This document shows positions 9,697 to 19,675 of a DNA stretch of 64,000 nucleotides, in pieces. The notes under the pieces are model-generated. The model did no database searches, was not told the DNA's origin, and saw only the letters and a program-made list of their open reading frames with translations. The DNA lies in contig NZ_JAAFGZ010000008.1 in NCBI RefSeq assembly GCF_010365105.1, positions 15,656-79,655 on the forward strand, written 5' to 3'. The number at the start of each line of letters is the position of its first letter. Positions within the stretch are counted from its first letter, which is position 1. Made by a program: the position numbers and the translations under genes. Origin of the DNA: Polaromonas sp. Its GTDB lineage: Bacteria; Pseudomonadota; Gammaproteobacteria; Burkholderiales; Burkholderiaceae_C.

Positions 9697-9875
9697 CGTG
9701 GGTATTGGACACGAAGCCGCGCGCAGGCCAGCGGCCTGGATTCATCTGCCAGGCCGTATCAACACCTGCGGTCAGGGCGCCTGGCCTCTTCAAGGCCATC
9801 ATTTCGTATCAAAACCGGGGTTTACGCACATGCAGCAAGCGCTGGCAGCTACTGAAAAAATAGCGCCCCAGGTTC

Positions 9876-11834
9876 TCAGGCCTCGGGCGCTTGCGGGATC
9901 ACCACGGTAAACACCGTTCCCCCTTCCAGCGTCGACGTAACCGACACCGTGCCCCCGTGCGCCTTGGCGATCTCGCTGACGATGAACAAGCCCAGGCCCA
10001 CGCTGCGGTCGGCGTTCACCTGTTCGCAGCCGCGCACCATGGGTTCGAACAGTCCGTCCACGATGCCGGCGGGAATCGGCCTTCCATGGTTGTGTACCGA
10101 GAGCGAAAAAAACGCATCTTCCCGGGTCGAGGTGACGACCACCGGCGCGCCGGGCTCGCCATAGGCCATGGCGTTGGACACCAGGTTGCCGACCAGTTGC
10201 GCCAGCCGGTCGGCATCGGCCGTGCACCGGCTGGCCCCCTGCCGCACATGGCGCAGCACACGGCCCGGATACACCTGTGACAGTTCCTGCACCGCCCCGG
10301 CCACCGTCGCGTGCAGGTCGATGGACGCCGGCGACACCGACAGGCCGCTGCCCAGCCGCGCCTGCGTCAGGTCCAGCAGATTGGCAATCAGGCGGCTGGC
10401 CCGGTCGCCAGCCCTCAGGATGAGGTCCAGCACATCCGACTGGTCGGCGGTGACGCCGCCCTTGCCCAGCAGTTCGGCGCTCATCAGCATCGCCATGATC
10501 GGATTGCGCAGGTCATGGCTGACGATGCCGACCATCTGCTCGGCAAATATCGCCCGGTCGCTGGCTTCGGCCTGAAGGTCGTTGGCATGCGCGACCATGG
10601 CTTCGAGCTTGGTTCGCGCCTGCACCAGTTCCTTTTCATACCTGTCGCGGTCCTGCGCGACAAACACGGCGAATTCATCCACCACCTCGCCATGCTGCGC
10701 ATGCCGGCGCGCATTGAGCAGCATGGGCAGCTGCTGGCCGTCCTTGCGCAGCATCTGCACCCGCACTTCGGAGACAGAGCCCTGCAGCTGCAGCAGTGGC
10801 AGCGAATGCGTGCAGTGAAAAATGCGGCAGCCCGTGGTCAGCAGGTCCTGGAACTTGCGCTGGCCGACCAGCTCGCCCGGGGTGTAGCCCAGCCATTGGC
10901 AAAACACCAGGTTGGCCCGGCGCAGCAGTCCCTGCGCATCGGTCTGCGCCAGCCCGCAGGGGGCCTGGTCGAGCAGGTCCTGCGCTTCGCTGGCAATCGC
11001 TGCAGGGATGGTGTTTTGAGTTTCCAGCCCCTGGCTGACCAGGAAGTCATTGATCGCCTCGGTGATGGCGCCCGGCGCGCTCAGGTGCGGGCAATGGCCG
11101 ATGTTGTTGATGATCTTCAGCGTGGCGTTCGGCATCGCCTGGCGCATGTACTGGCCCACTGCAACCGGGGCGATCAGGTCGTCGCTGCATTGCAGGATCA
11201 GCGTGGGCGTCGTCAGCCGGGGCAGTTGCGCGCGGTGGTCGGACAAAAAGGTGACGCGGGCAAACTGCCTGGCAATGTCCGGGTCGGTGCGGCAAAAGCT
11301 GCTGGCGAGTTCCGCGCCGAGTTCCGGCCGGTCGGGCGCGCCCATGATTACGGGCGCCATCGTGCTCGACCAGACGAGGTAGTTGTTGTCCATGCTGCCG
11401 AGCAGCGCATCGATGTCCGCGCGCTCGAAACCGCCGGTGTAATTCCCGTCGTTGAGGTAGCACGGCGACGGGCCGATCATCACCTGGGCGGCGATGCGGC
11501 CAGGCGCTTTCAGGTCGGCCAGCAGGCCGATCATGGCGCTGACCGAATGGCCGACGAAAACCACCGGACCCTGGCCGAATTGACTGACCAGTTCCAGCAC
11601 GTCATCGGCATAGCTTTGCAAAGAGCTGTATTTTTGGGGGTCATACGCCGAAAGGTCCGACTGACCGGCGCCGACCAGGTCGAAGGTCACCGTGCGAAAG
11701 CGCCTGGCACAGGCCGGCTGCACCAACCGCCACATGGTCTGGTCACAGCCAAAGCCGTGGGCAAAGAAGAGGGTTGCCGGACCACTGCCGGCGACTTGAA
11801 CGTGATGGCGCCGCTCGACAGTCATGGCTTGCAT
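9876..11834 (-). CDS. alpha/beta-hydrolase (RsbQ/KAI2/D14-like)-PAS-histidine kinase fusion
   Basis: 652 aa. The N-terminal hydrolase has VFVGHSVSAMIG (nucleophile elbow), LQCSDDLIAP and IGHCPHLSAP (Asp/His). A PAS-like segment follows, then the H-box IVSHDLRNP, the N-box LVSNAMAYG and the G-box VGLGLFIV. Confidence 0.85.
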   Translation of the reverse strand: MQAMTVERRHHVQVAGSGPATLFFAHGFGCDQTMWRLVQPACARRFRTVTFDLVGAGQSDLSAYDPQKYSSLQSYADDVLELVSQFGQGPVVFVGHSVSAMIGLLADLKAPGRIAAQVMIGPSPCYLNDGNYTGGFERADIDALLGSMDNNYLVWSSTMAPVIMGAPDRPELGAELASSFCRTDPDIARQFARVTFLSDHRAQLPRLTTPTLILQCSDDLIAPVAVGQYMRQAMPNATLKIINNIGHCPHLSAPGAITEAINDFLVSQGLETQNTIPAAIASEAQDLLDQAPCGLAQTDAQGLLRRANLVFCQWLGYTPGELVGQRKFQDLLTTGCRIFHCTHSLPLLQLQGSVSEVRVQMLRKDGQQLPMLLNARRHAQHGEVVDEFAVFVAQDRDRYEKELVQARTKLEAMVAHANDLQAEASDRAIFAEQMVGIVSHDLRNPIMAMLMSAELLGKGGVTADQSDVLDLILRAGDRASRLIANLLDLTQARLGSGLSVSPASIDLHATVAGAVQELSQVYPGRVLRHVRQGASRCTADADRLAQLVGNLVSNAMAYGEPGAPVVVTSTREDAFFSLSVHNHGRPIPAGIVDGLFEPMVRGCEQVNADRSVGLGLFIVSEIAKAHGGTVSVTSTLEGGTVFTVVIPQAPEA

Positions 11835-12107
11835 TCAGTGCAAATAAAGGCCTTCAGGCCAGAGCAAAAGCATAGGCCTGAAAGAACCGCTGCACCAGAG
11901 ACATTGCTGGTGAAATCGTCAGGACACGTGTTGAGCTTGTGGTCTTCAATTCCATAACTTGCCGGGCTGCCGCAGGTTTCACCGGGTTGCTGGTTGCGGC
12001 CGGCCCGCCCCGGGAACTGCGCATTGCACCCCGGTTGCACCATCGTGAAGACAGTCATCCGCCAGATGCCCTAAAGTGGTGCTTCAGAGTTGACATGTTG
12101 AAACACC

Positions 12108-13116
12108 ATGAACCCACGCTTCCTGCTTTTTCTGCTCGCCAGCCCGCTGCTGCTGGCGGCCTGTGCCTCAGGGCCCGCGCCGTCCGCGCCCGAAGTGCTT
12201 GAAAACTCGCTGGGCATGAAGTTTGTCCGGGTGCCCGCCGGGGAGTTCCTGATGGGCAGCGACGAAACCCCGCAGGCGCTGGCGCGCGACTATCCGCAGT
12301 ACGAGCTGCGGCGCTTTGTCGAACTGGCCGACGAGGCGCCGGTGCACCGGGTGCGCATCAGCCGGCCTTTTTTTCTGGGCCAGCACGAGGTCACGGTCGG
12401 CCAGTTCCGCCAGTTCATCGAGGCTTCGGGCCATGTGCCCGAATCGGTGGCCGACGGCACCGGCGGCTACGGCTACAACCCGGCCTACGACCCGGCCGCG
12501 TCGCAACGCGGCGACCTGTTCGAACCCGAAGTATTCATGGCGCAATCCGGGCTTTGCGCAGGACGACGCGCACCCTGTGCTCAACGTCACCTGGAACGAT
12601 GCCGTGGCGATGAGCCGCTGGCTGAGCCAGAAAGAAGGCCGGCGCTACCGCCTGCCGAGCGAAGCCGAGTGGGAATACGCCTGCCGCGCCGGATCGACGT
12701 CGCGCTACTACAGCGGCAACCCGCCCGAGTCGCTGCTGCAGATCGCCAACACCTTCGACGCCGATGCCGCCCGCCACTGGCCGGCCCTGCGCGCCCAGGC
12801 GCAGCCGGGGTCAGACGGCCATGCCTTCACCGCGCCGGTCGGCAGCTTCAGGCCGAACGCCTTCGGCCTGCACGACATGCTCGGCAATGCCTGGGAATGG
12901 ACCGCCGACTGGCATGACGACGCGTATTACGCCGCCTCGCCGGCCGTCGATCCGCCCGGCCCGGCCGACGGCACGGTGCGCGTGCGCCGGGGCGGCTCCT
13001 GGCACACCTGGGCGCTGTATTCGCGCTGCAGCTACCGCAACTGGAATTCGCCGCAGACCCGCTATACCCTGGTCGGCATGCGGCTGCTGCTTGAAGCGGA
13101 CAGCGCAGACCGCTGA
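12108..13116 (+). pseudogene. formylglycine-generating-enzyme (SUMF1/FGE-sulfatase) domain lipoprotein, frameshifted
   Basis: The N-terminal part (lipobox LLLAAC, MKFVRVPAGEFLMGS) is in the 12108 frame. The C-terminal part (SWRNPGFAQDDAHPVLNVTW..., LPSEAEWEYACRAG, RVRRGGSW) is in the 12316 frame. The frames switch at about 12500-12530. Confidence 0.75.
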
Positions 13117-13188
13117 AGGCTGAAAAAATAGCGGCTCCGCCGGCCTGCCGGTTTTTTGTGCAATGTGAAGTTTTTTCAGGAGTGCCGC

Positions 13189-13749
13189 ATGGACCGCAAG
13201 AATGCCGACCGGCTGGCCCGGGCCACCGCCCTGTGGCGCCACACCGGCGCCGAACGCCCGCCCTTTGCACTGCCCACCGGGGCGGGCCAGGAGTCGGTCT
13301 GGGACTATCCGCGCCCGCCCCGGCTGGTGCCTGACGGCCGGGAAGTGGTCGTGATGGCCGGCAGCCAGGAGATTGCCCGCAGCCGCCGCACGCTGCGCCT
13401 GCTGGAAACCGCCAGCCCGCCCGGCTTTTATATTCCGGCGCAGGACGTGCGCACCGACTGGCTGGTGCCGGCGGGCGGCGCGTCGCACTGCGAATGGAAA
13501 GGCGAGGCGGCCTACTGGTCGGTGCGGTTGCCCGGCGGCGGCCTGCTCGACCGCGTGGCCTGGTCGTATGCGCATCCGCTGGCGCCTTACGAGGCGCTGG
13601 CCGGCCATTTCGGGTTTTATCCGCAGCACCTGGACTGCCGCGTGGACGGCCTGCAGGTGCAGCCGCAGCCGGGCGGTTTTTATGCCGGCTGGATCACGCC
13701 CGAAGTGGTCGGGCCGGTCAAGGGCGGACCCGGTTCAGGCGGCTGGTGA
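13189..13749 (+). CDS. DUF427 domain protein
   Basis: ATG at 13189. The YIPAQDV...HCEWKGEAAYWSV...AWSYAHP...FYP pattern is typical of DUF427. Confidence 0.7.
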   Translation: MDRKNADRLARATALWRHTGAERPPFALPTGAGQESVWDYPRPPRLVPDGREVVVMAGSQEIARSRRTLRLLETASPPGFYIPAQDVRTDWLVPAGGASHCEWKGEAAYWSVRLPGGGLLDRVAWSYAHPLAPYEALAGHFGFYPQHLDCRVDGLQVQPQPGGFYAGWITPEVVGPVKGGPGSGGW

Positions 13750-13796
13750 GCGGCCGGCAGCCGACGGACTGAAGCGGGCCTGCGCCTGGCGGCGGT

Positions 13797-14828
13797 TCAG
13801 CGTGCTGGCCTGGGCTGTTTGGCCATCCGCCGCGCGTCCTGAGGCCGGCTCCGGCGCGGGCTCATGGCCCACAGCAGCCCCAGCCCGACTGCACCGGCCA
13901 GCGTTACCGCCGCCACCGGCATGGCGCGCACCGCCAGCGTGCGGTAGCCGCCGTCGATGGTGTGAACGCGTGAGGGCTCGAACAGATTGCCGTTGGTGAC
14001 CGGTGCCGGGTCGGCGCGCTCCAGCGACCGGTCGGTCAGCCAGCGCGCAAGGCGGCCGGTCAGCCCGGGCGCAACGGCATGCGCCAGCCGTCCGGGAATC
14101 GCCATGCTGCCGATGGCCGTGACATCGTGCGGCGCCCGGCTCAATGCCACCAGTGTTTGGGCCACCGCGCGCGGGTCCAGCACCGGCGGCGGCGGGTGCA
14201 GGCGCTTGCCGGTGTAATTGGCGCCATGGAACAGGCCCGGCGTGTCGACAAAGGTCGGGTAGACCTCGCAGACATGCACGTCGGGCAGGCTGCCCAGCTC
14301 GGCCCGCAGCGCCTCGGAAAAGCCGCGCAGCCCGAACTTGCTGGCGGTGTAGGCGGCGGCATACGGCGCCGGAACCCAGCCGCCTGACGAGATCATGTTG
14401 ATCAGCGTGCCGCGTCCGCGCTGGCGAAAGTGCGGCAGCACCGCATGCGCGCCGTTCATGTGGCCCAGCAGGTTGGCCGCGATCACGCGCTCGTGCGCCT
14501 CCATCGGCATGGTGTCAAACGCGCCGACCGCGCCGACGCCGACGTTGTTGATCCAGACGTCGATGCGGCCAAAGCGCTGGATGGCCGCGTGGGCCAGCGC
14601 CTGCATGGCGTCGGCATCGGTCACGTCGGTCGGCACGGCCAGCGCCTGGGCATCGAGCAGCTCGCATTCAGCCGCCACCTTGTCCAGCGCCTCGGGGCCG
14701 CGCGCCGCCAGCACCAGGTGCGCGCCCGTACGCGCAAAAGCCAGCGCGGTGGCATGGCCGATGCCGCTGGAAGCGCCGGTCAGGACGACGACGGGCGCCG
14801 GTAAGTGGTCGGGGTGGGTGTTAAGCAT
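13797..14828 (-). CDS. SDR family oxidoreductase
   Basis: 343 aa. TGASSGIG cofactor motif, YAASK catalytic motif, and a C-terminal hydrophobic tail. Confidence 0.85.
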   Translation of the reverse strand: MLNTHPDHLPAPVVVLTGASSGIGHATALAFARTGAHLVLAARGPEALDKVAAECELLDAQALAVPTDVTDADAMQALAHAAIQRFGRIDVWINNVGVGAVGAFDTMPMEAHERVIAANLLGHMNGAHAVLPHFRQRGRGTLINMISSGGWVPAPYAAAYTASKFGLRGFSEALRAELGSLPDVHVCEVYPTFVDTPGLFHGANYTGKRLHPPPPVLDPRAVAQTLVALSRAPHDVTAIGSMAIPGRLAHAVAPGLTGRLARWLTDRSLERADPAPVTNGNLFEPSRVHTIDGGYRTLAVRAMPVAAVTLAGAVGLGLLWAMSPRRSRPQDARRMAKQPRPAR

Positions 14829-15024
14829 GGGCGGGCCTGAAGTAAGGAGTGGTCAATGGGTTCAATCGTCCGGTGCAAAAACCCGGCTGTCAATCGGCGA
14901 AGGTGCCGGCCCGAATCGGGCGCCGGCCCATCAGTTTTCGGCGAGTGCCTGACTGCGGATAGACTTGTTGCACATTTTGTAACATTGCTTCTTTCGCAGG
15001 GACAGGCAGAACCGGTTTCCCGGC

Positions 15025-16620
15025 ATGCCGATGAAAACAATGAAGCTCTTGAGCCGGCTGGGTAACGACTTGAACGACGCCTTGAGCGTCAGCACCAGCA
15101 CGCCTGCCTATCGAGGCAGAAGCCGGTTTGCACCGCTCTGGGCCTTGCTGATCCTGGTCGTGGTGTCGTTCACCATGCTCTGGCTGGGCGACAAGCTCAA
15201 CGCCAGCGGCATGGCGCTGACGCGTTTCATGGCCCGTGCGCAGGCGCCTCTGACGGCGCAGTTCCACTATCCGGCCGTGATGCGCGAGCAGATCACGGTG
15301 GCAATGTACGACCGGGAATTCCTCGACAGCAGCGCAAGCGCCTGGCCCATCAGCTACCAGGACCATGCCGACGGGCTGCTTCGCCTGGCGGGCGACCCGA
15401 ATGCCCGGCCCAAAGCCATCATGCTGGACATCACCTTCGGCCAGGAACGCGATGATCCGACCATTTCAAGCCTGCGCCAGGCGCTGTGCAGGATTCAGAA
15501 TGAATTCAAGGTGCCGGTATTTTTGGCGGCAATGCCCTCGCCCCAAACCGGCCGCCTGACCATTCGCGCCGGCCTGGGCGCTGACCAGCCCGGCGCCGCA
15601 CCGGCCTGTTTCACGCTGGTGGGCGTGGACTACCTTCCCGATCCGCTGGATGGTCTGGCCTGGAGCTACCAGCTCAGCCGCCACCTGACCGATGACGGCT
15701 GGGTGTCCGGCCCTGCAAGCGAGCCGCTGAAGCAGCCGGCCTACCGCAGCGCCGCCCTGGCCATGGCGCAGGACGTGGCGCACCTGGACCTGGGGGAGGA
15801 AACCGTGCCCATGGCGCTGGTGTGGGGACACAACTCGGCCCCGCAGATCCACCGGCCAGAACGCCTGGCGCACTGTCGTCCCGGCGCGCCTGACCGCTGG
15901 CAACTGGTGCCCGGTGTGCTGCGCCAGCTCTGGGACGCCGACCGGCTGCCCTTGTGCCCCTACCACCAGACGCTGTCCATGGCCCAGCTGGCGACCCTGT
16001 CGGAAAGCGAGCTGGCGCCCTATCTGGCCGGGCGCTATGTGCTGGTGGGTGCCAACGTCCCGGGCTTCAACGATTTCGCAGATTCGCCCGTCCACCGCGT
16101 CACGCCGGGCATTTACATGCATGCCATGGCGCTGGACAACCTGCTGACCTACGCAGGCGACTACAAGCTCAGCGCCGAATGGACGATGCCGCCGTCATGG
16201 GCGCTGCTCAAGCCGGGCCTGCTGGCCATCCTGCTGGTCTTCGGGGTGCATCTGGCCTGGGATGCATTGCAGGCAAAACTGATCCGGTCGTTTCAGCTGC
16301 GTGGCTGGCCGCCAGCGCTGGCCAGCCTGCATGCGCGCTTCCAGGCGCAACCGGAGCGGACCCGTCGGCTGCTCCGGCTGCCGGTCAATGCGCTGGCCTG
16401 GCTGGCGCGGCTGGCGCTTCAAACCGTGGCGGTCATGGTCCTGATCGGCTGGCTGCAGTCCCATTTCCGCATCGGCATGCTGCCCGTGGTCGAGCTGGTG
16501 GGCATGACGCTGCTGGCCGAGGGCCTGGGTTATATGAAAAAGATCCAGGCCCTTTTCAAAACAACCGCTGCAGCAAGTGTCGCGACGCCCCCCTTTCCCG
16601 CATCCCCGCCAGTGACCTAA
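15025..16620 (+). CDS. CHASE2 domain membrane protein without a recognisable output domain
   Basis: 531 aa. An N-terminal TM is followed by ITVAMYDREFLD...WPISYQDHADGLLRL...IMLDITF (CHASE2-like) and three C-terminal TM helices. The start is uncertain (ATGs at 15025, 15031 and 15040). Confidence 0.65.
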   Translation: MPMKTMKLLSRLGNDLNDALSVSTSTPAYRGRSRFAPLWALLILVVVSFTMLWLGDKLNASGMALTRFMARAQAPLTAQFHYPAVMREQITVAMYDREFLDSSASAWPISYQDHADGLLRLAGDPNARPKAIMLDITFGQERDDPTISSLRQALCRIQNEFKVPVFLAAMPSPQTGRLTIRAGLGADQPGAAPACFTLVGVDYLPDPLDGLAWSYQLSRHLTDDGWVSGPASEPLKQPAYRSAALAMAQDVAHLDLGEETVPMALVWGHNSAPQIHRPERLAHCRPGAPDRWQLVPGVLRQLWDADRLPLCPYHQTLSMAQLATLSESELAPYLAGRYVLVGANVPGFNDFADSPVHRVTPGIYMHAMALDNLLTYAGDYKLSAEWTMPPSWALLKPGLLAILLVFGVHLAWDALQAKLIRSFQLRGWPPALASLHARFQAQPERTRRLLRLPVNALAWLARLALQTVAVMVLIGWLQSHFRIGMLPVVELVGMTLLAEGLGYMKKIQALFKTTAAASVATPPFPASPPVT

Positions 16621-16635
16621 CCCGAAGGACAACCA

Positions 16636-16995
16636 ATGAAATTGCATGTTCCCCTGCTGATCGCCCTGCTGGCGCTACCCGTTTCTGCAGCGCTTGCGCA
16701 AGGCAAGGTCATTGCGCCCAGCCCGAGCACCCTGGCCAGCCTGGACCTGTACGACCAGCCCGGTGCAGCCGTGGCCGTGCGCCAGGTCAGCGTGGCAGAA
16801 GCCGGGCTGCCGCTAATCATTCAATCGACCAAGACCGGCTTTCACCAGGTCGCCATCGGCGGACAAAACTACTGGCTGCGTGGCATGCAGGTGCGTATCA
16901 GCCGCGACAGCACCGCCAGCTGCGGCACCGCCTCGCAGTCGGCCATGAATGCAACCATTGCCACACCGGGAGCTGGAAAAGATGCCTGCAAATAA
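16636..16995 (+). CDS. small secreted hypothetical protein
   Basis: 119 aa. An AAGGA RBS lies 8 nt upstream. Signal peptide MKLHVPLLIALLALPVSAALA. Starts 15 nt after the CHASE2 gene and overlaps the next gene. Confidence 0.55.
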   Translation: MKLHVPLLIALLALPVSAALAQGKVIAPSPSTLASLDLYDQPGAAVAVRQVSVAEAGLPLIIQSTKTGFHQVAIGGQNYWLRGMQVRISRDSTASCGTASQSAMNATIATPGAGKDACK

Positions 16996-18622
16996 CGTTC
17001 CCGCGCGTCCCTGGCGCACGTTGCAGACCGGCGCAATGGCCTTGTCATTGGTGGTGCTGGCGGGCTGCGAAACCATGCCCAAGGGCATGCCGTCGCTGCC
17101 GTTCCTGACGCCAGCCGTCCCTGTCAGCCCCACCGCCGCGCTGCCGCCACCTGCCGCGCGTGCCTGGCCCGATGCCGCGCAGGATGTGCTCAACCAGCGC
17201 GCGCGCGGTTTTGGCCTGGTCAATGCCCCTGACCTGCAGCGTTACCTGAACAGCGTGTATGCCCGCATCAAAACACAGGCTGGCGTGGCCGACTGGCCCG
17301 GCGGCGTGCATATCCTGGCCAGCGATGCCCTGCAGGCCTATGCGACCGGTGCCGGAAATATTTACATTTCCATGCCGTGGCTGACCTCGGCGCAGAGCGA
17401 AGACGAGCTTGCAGCCCTGCTCAGCCATGAGTTCGGGCATGTCTACCTGCACTACCACGAGCTGGAAGGCGCGGTGCAAAGTGCCGACACGGTGACCGGC
17501 TTTCTGGCCATGGGCGTGGCAGTGGCGCGAAAAACCGCCCAGGCCACCGGCTGGAATGACGTTGACAGCCTGGTCACGGCCTACACGCTGGGACGCGGGC
17601 TGGTCACCACGGTGTATGGCCGCTCGCAGGAAAGCGCGGCTGACAACTTCGGCCTCAACATCAGCCTGAAGCTGGGCTATTCGTACGAGCATGGCATGAA
17701 GGCCTTTCTGGAGCGCCAGGCCAGCTGGGAAGAGGACAACGAACAGCGCGAAAAAGGCAAGAACGAGCAGATGCTCAAGACCATCAAGCTCCAAGCCATG
17801 GACAACGCCGTCAAGCAGAATCCCAAGGCCGGCAACAACGCCGCAAGCCAGTCGTTCGCCCAGTCGAGCGGCGAATTCAGCGGCAACCTGGGTGCCGCCC
17901 TGCAGCAGATGGCCTTCGACATCAACAAGGTGTCGGCAAAAGTGCGCAGCGACCACCCGCCGACCGAGGAAAGAATTGATGCGCTGGGCGTGGCTGTCGC
18001 GCCGTTTCCCGACATTCAGGTCAGCAAGGAGCCGGTGTCCAGGCCCTTGCAAAAAGCCTTGCAGGACAGGCGCACGGCAGCCATCCTGGCCAATTACGCG
18101 CTGGCCTTCAAGGTCATCAACGCACCCAAAGAGCCGAAATCCCTGGAACTGGCCAGGAAGTCGGCGACGGGCCCCACTGCCACGCATGCCGTGCCCCTGT
18201 TTGCGCTGTACACCGTGCTGAACGAGCAGCCAGCGCTGGCGGGCAGGCAGAAATCAGACCCTGGCCAGGTACTGGAAGCGAACTTTCTGTCTGAACCGGA
18301 CCGGGCCTGGAAAACCTACCAGGAACGCAGCAAGCGGCTTCAGGATGGCCGTCAAACCGCCGCTGCCAAAAAGGTGATGGACCAGGGCATGGGCTACTTC
18401 CAGAATGCCGAGGAAGCCTGGCCCGATGCCATCCGTTTTTACGGCGAGGCGCAGGGCTGGGACGAGGCCAAGCGCATGGCGCAAAACTGCGGCAAGAACT
18501 TCCGGCGCGTGTCGGCGCGCTGCACGCAGGCCGCCACCAGCCCGTCCGAACAGGAAACGGTCGATCGCAAGACCAAGGAAAAAAGCGACCAGATTGCGAA
18601 AAAGCTTTTCAAAACGCCGTAG
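16982..18622 (+). CDS. M48 family zinc metalloprotease lipoprotein
   Basis: The internal ATG at 16982 gives the lipobox VVLAGC. HEFGH zinc motif plus a downstream ESAADNFG. Helical C-terminal region. Confidence 0.8.
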   Translation: MPANNVPARPWRTLQTGAMALSLVVLAGCETMPKGMPSLPFLTPAVPVSPTAALPPPAARAWPDAAQDVLNQRARGFGLVNAPDLQRYLNSVYARIKTQAGVADWPGGVHILASDALQAYATGAGNIYISMPWLTSAQSEDELAALLSHEFGHVYLHYHELEGAVQSADTVTGFLAMGVAVARKTAQATGWNDVDSLVTAYTLGRGLVTTVYGRSQESAADNFGLNISLKLGYSYEHGMKAFLERQASWEEDNEQREKGKNEQMLKTIKLQAMDNAVKQNPKAGNNAASQSFAQSSGEFSGNLGAALQQMAFDINKVSAKVRSDHPPTEERIDALGVAVAPFPDIQVSKEPVSRPLQKALQDRRTAAILANYALAFKVINAPKEPKSLELARKSATGPTATHAVPLFALYTVLNEQPALAGRQKSDPGQVLEANFLSEPDRAWKTYQERSKRLQDGRQTAAAKKVMDQGMGYFQNAEEAWPDAIRFYGEAQGWDEAKRMAQNCGKNFRRVSARCTQAATSPSEQETVDRKTKEKSDQIAKKLFKTP

Positions 18623-18688
18623 GGCGGCTGGGCAAGGAAAAACGTCCTGGTTCAGGCTTTGCCCGGCCGGTGGCCCCGTCGCCAGCCC

Positions 18689-19675
18689 TTACAACCCCAG
18701 CGAATCCGCATGCCGACGCCAGAATGCCGCATCGGGCACCTGGCCCCGGCCCGCCGCCAGGTTGTCCTGCATGTGCGCGGGTCGGCCGGTGCCCGGAATC
18801 GCACAGGTCACGGCCGGGTGGCTCAGCACGAACTTCAGAAGCACCTGCGCCCAGCGGGTGCAGCCAATGTCGGTTGCCCAGCCGGGCAGCGGCTTGCCGG
18901 CCAGGCGCCGCAGCAGTCCGCCGCCGCCAAAAGGCTGGTTGACCAGCACCGCCACGCCGCGTTCCTGCGCCAGCGGCAGTAAACGCTGGGCGGCAGCGCG
19001 GTCGTCCAGTGCATAGTTGATCTGCAGGAAATCGAGCTTTTCGGCGCGCAGCACCGCCTCGACTTCGGCATAGGCGGACGCGGTGTAGTGGGTGATGCCG
19101 ACATAGCGCACCCGGCCGGCGTCCTGCAAGCGGCGCACCGAACCCAGCTGCACGCGCCAGTCCATCAGGTTGTGCACCTGCATCAGGTCGATGCGTTCTG
19201 TGCGCAGGCGGGCAAACGACTGCGCCATCTGTGCCAGGCCGGCTTCGCGACCGCTGGTCCACACCTTGGTCGCGACGAAGGCCTGGGCGCGGCTGCCGGC
19301 GGCGGCCAGCAACTCGCCGGTCGTGCTCTCGGCACGGCCGTACATCGGCGAGCTGTCGAGCACCGAGCCGCCGGCGGCAAACAGCGCCTCCAGTACGCCC
19401 GGCAGTTGGGCGTGGCCGGGCGTGCCCGGGGCCAGGTCAAAGCCGATGTAGGTGCCGCAGCCAATGACCGGCAGCGCTTCTCCGGTCGAGGGAATGGGGC
19501 GGGTGTCGATTGGGGCTGTCATGGGGATGGCCTGCTGTGGCGCAGGTGGTCGGGTTTGCGCAAGTGCCCCAGTCCACCACGGCGCCGCTACCGACAGGAC
19601 GGCGAGTGCGCGTGCGGACTGGCGCAGGCCCATGCGCCGGTCCGCACCACGGGAAAGGGCTGGCGGAAGGTGCAT
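18689..19675 (-). CDS. aldo/keto reductase with Tat-type signal peptide
   Basis: AKR fold (IDLMQVHN, HYTASAY). The N-terminus MHLPPALSRGADRRMGLRQSARALAV suggests a twin-arginine signal. ATG at 19675 is preferred over TTG at 19699. Confidence 0.8.
   Translation of the reverse strand: MHLPPALSRGADRRMGLRQSARALAVLSVAAPWWTGALAQTRPPAPQQAIPMTAPIDTRPIPSTGEALPVIGCGTYIGFDLAPGTPGHAQLPGVLEALFAAGGSVLDSSPMYGRAESTTGELLAAAGSRAQAFVATKVWTSGREAGLAQMAQSFARLRTERIDLMQVHNLMDWRVQLGSVRRLQDAGRVRYVGITHYTASAYAEVEAVLRAEKLDFLQINYALDDRAAAQRLLPLAQERGVAVLVNQPFGGGGLLRRLAGKPLPGWATDIGCTRWAQVLLKFVLSHPAVTCAIPGTGRPAHMQDNLAAGRGQVPDAAFWRRHADSLGL

Noticed and set aside
15954-17108. 384-aa ORF spanning the CHASE2 gene 3' end, the small secreted gene and the M48 start.
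   Set aside because: It is out of frame with three better-supported genes, and its composition is that of a GC-shadow ORF.
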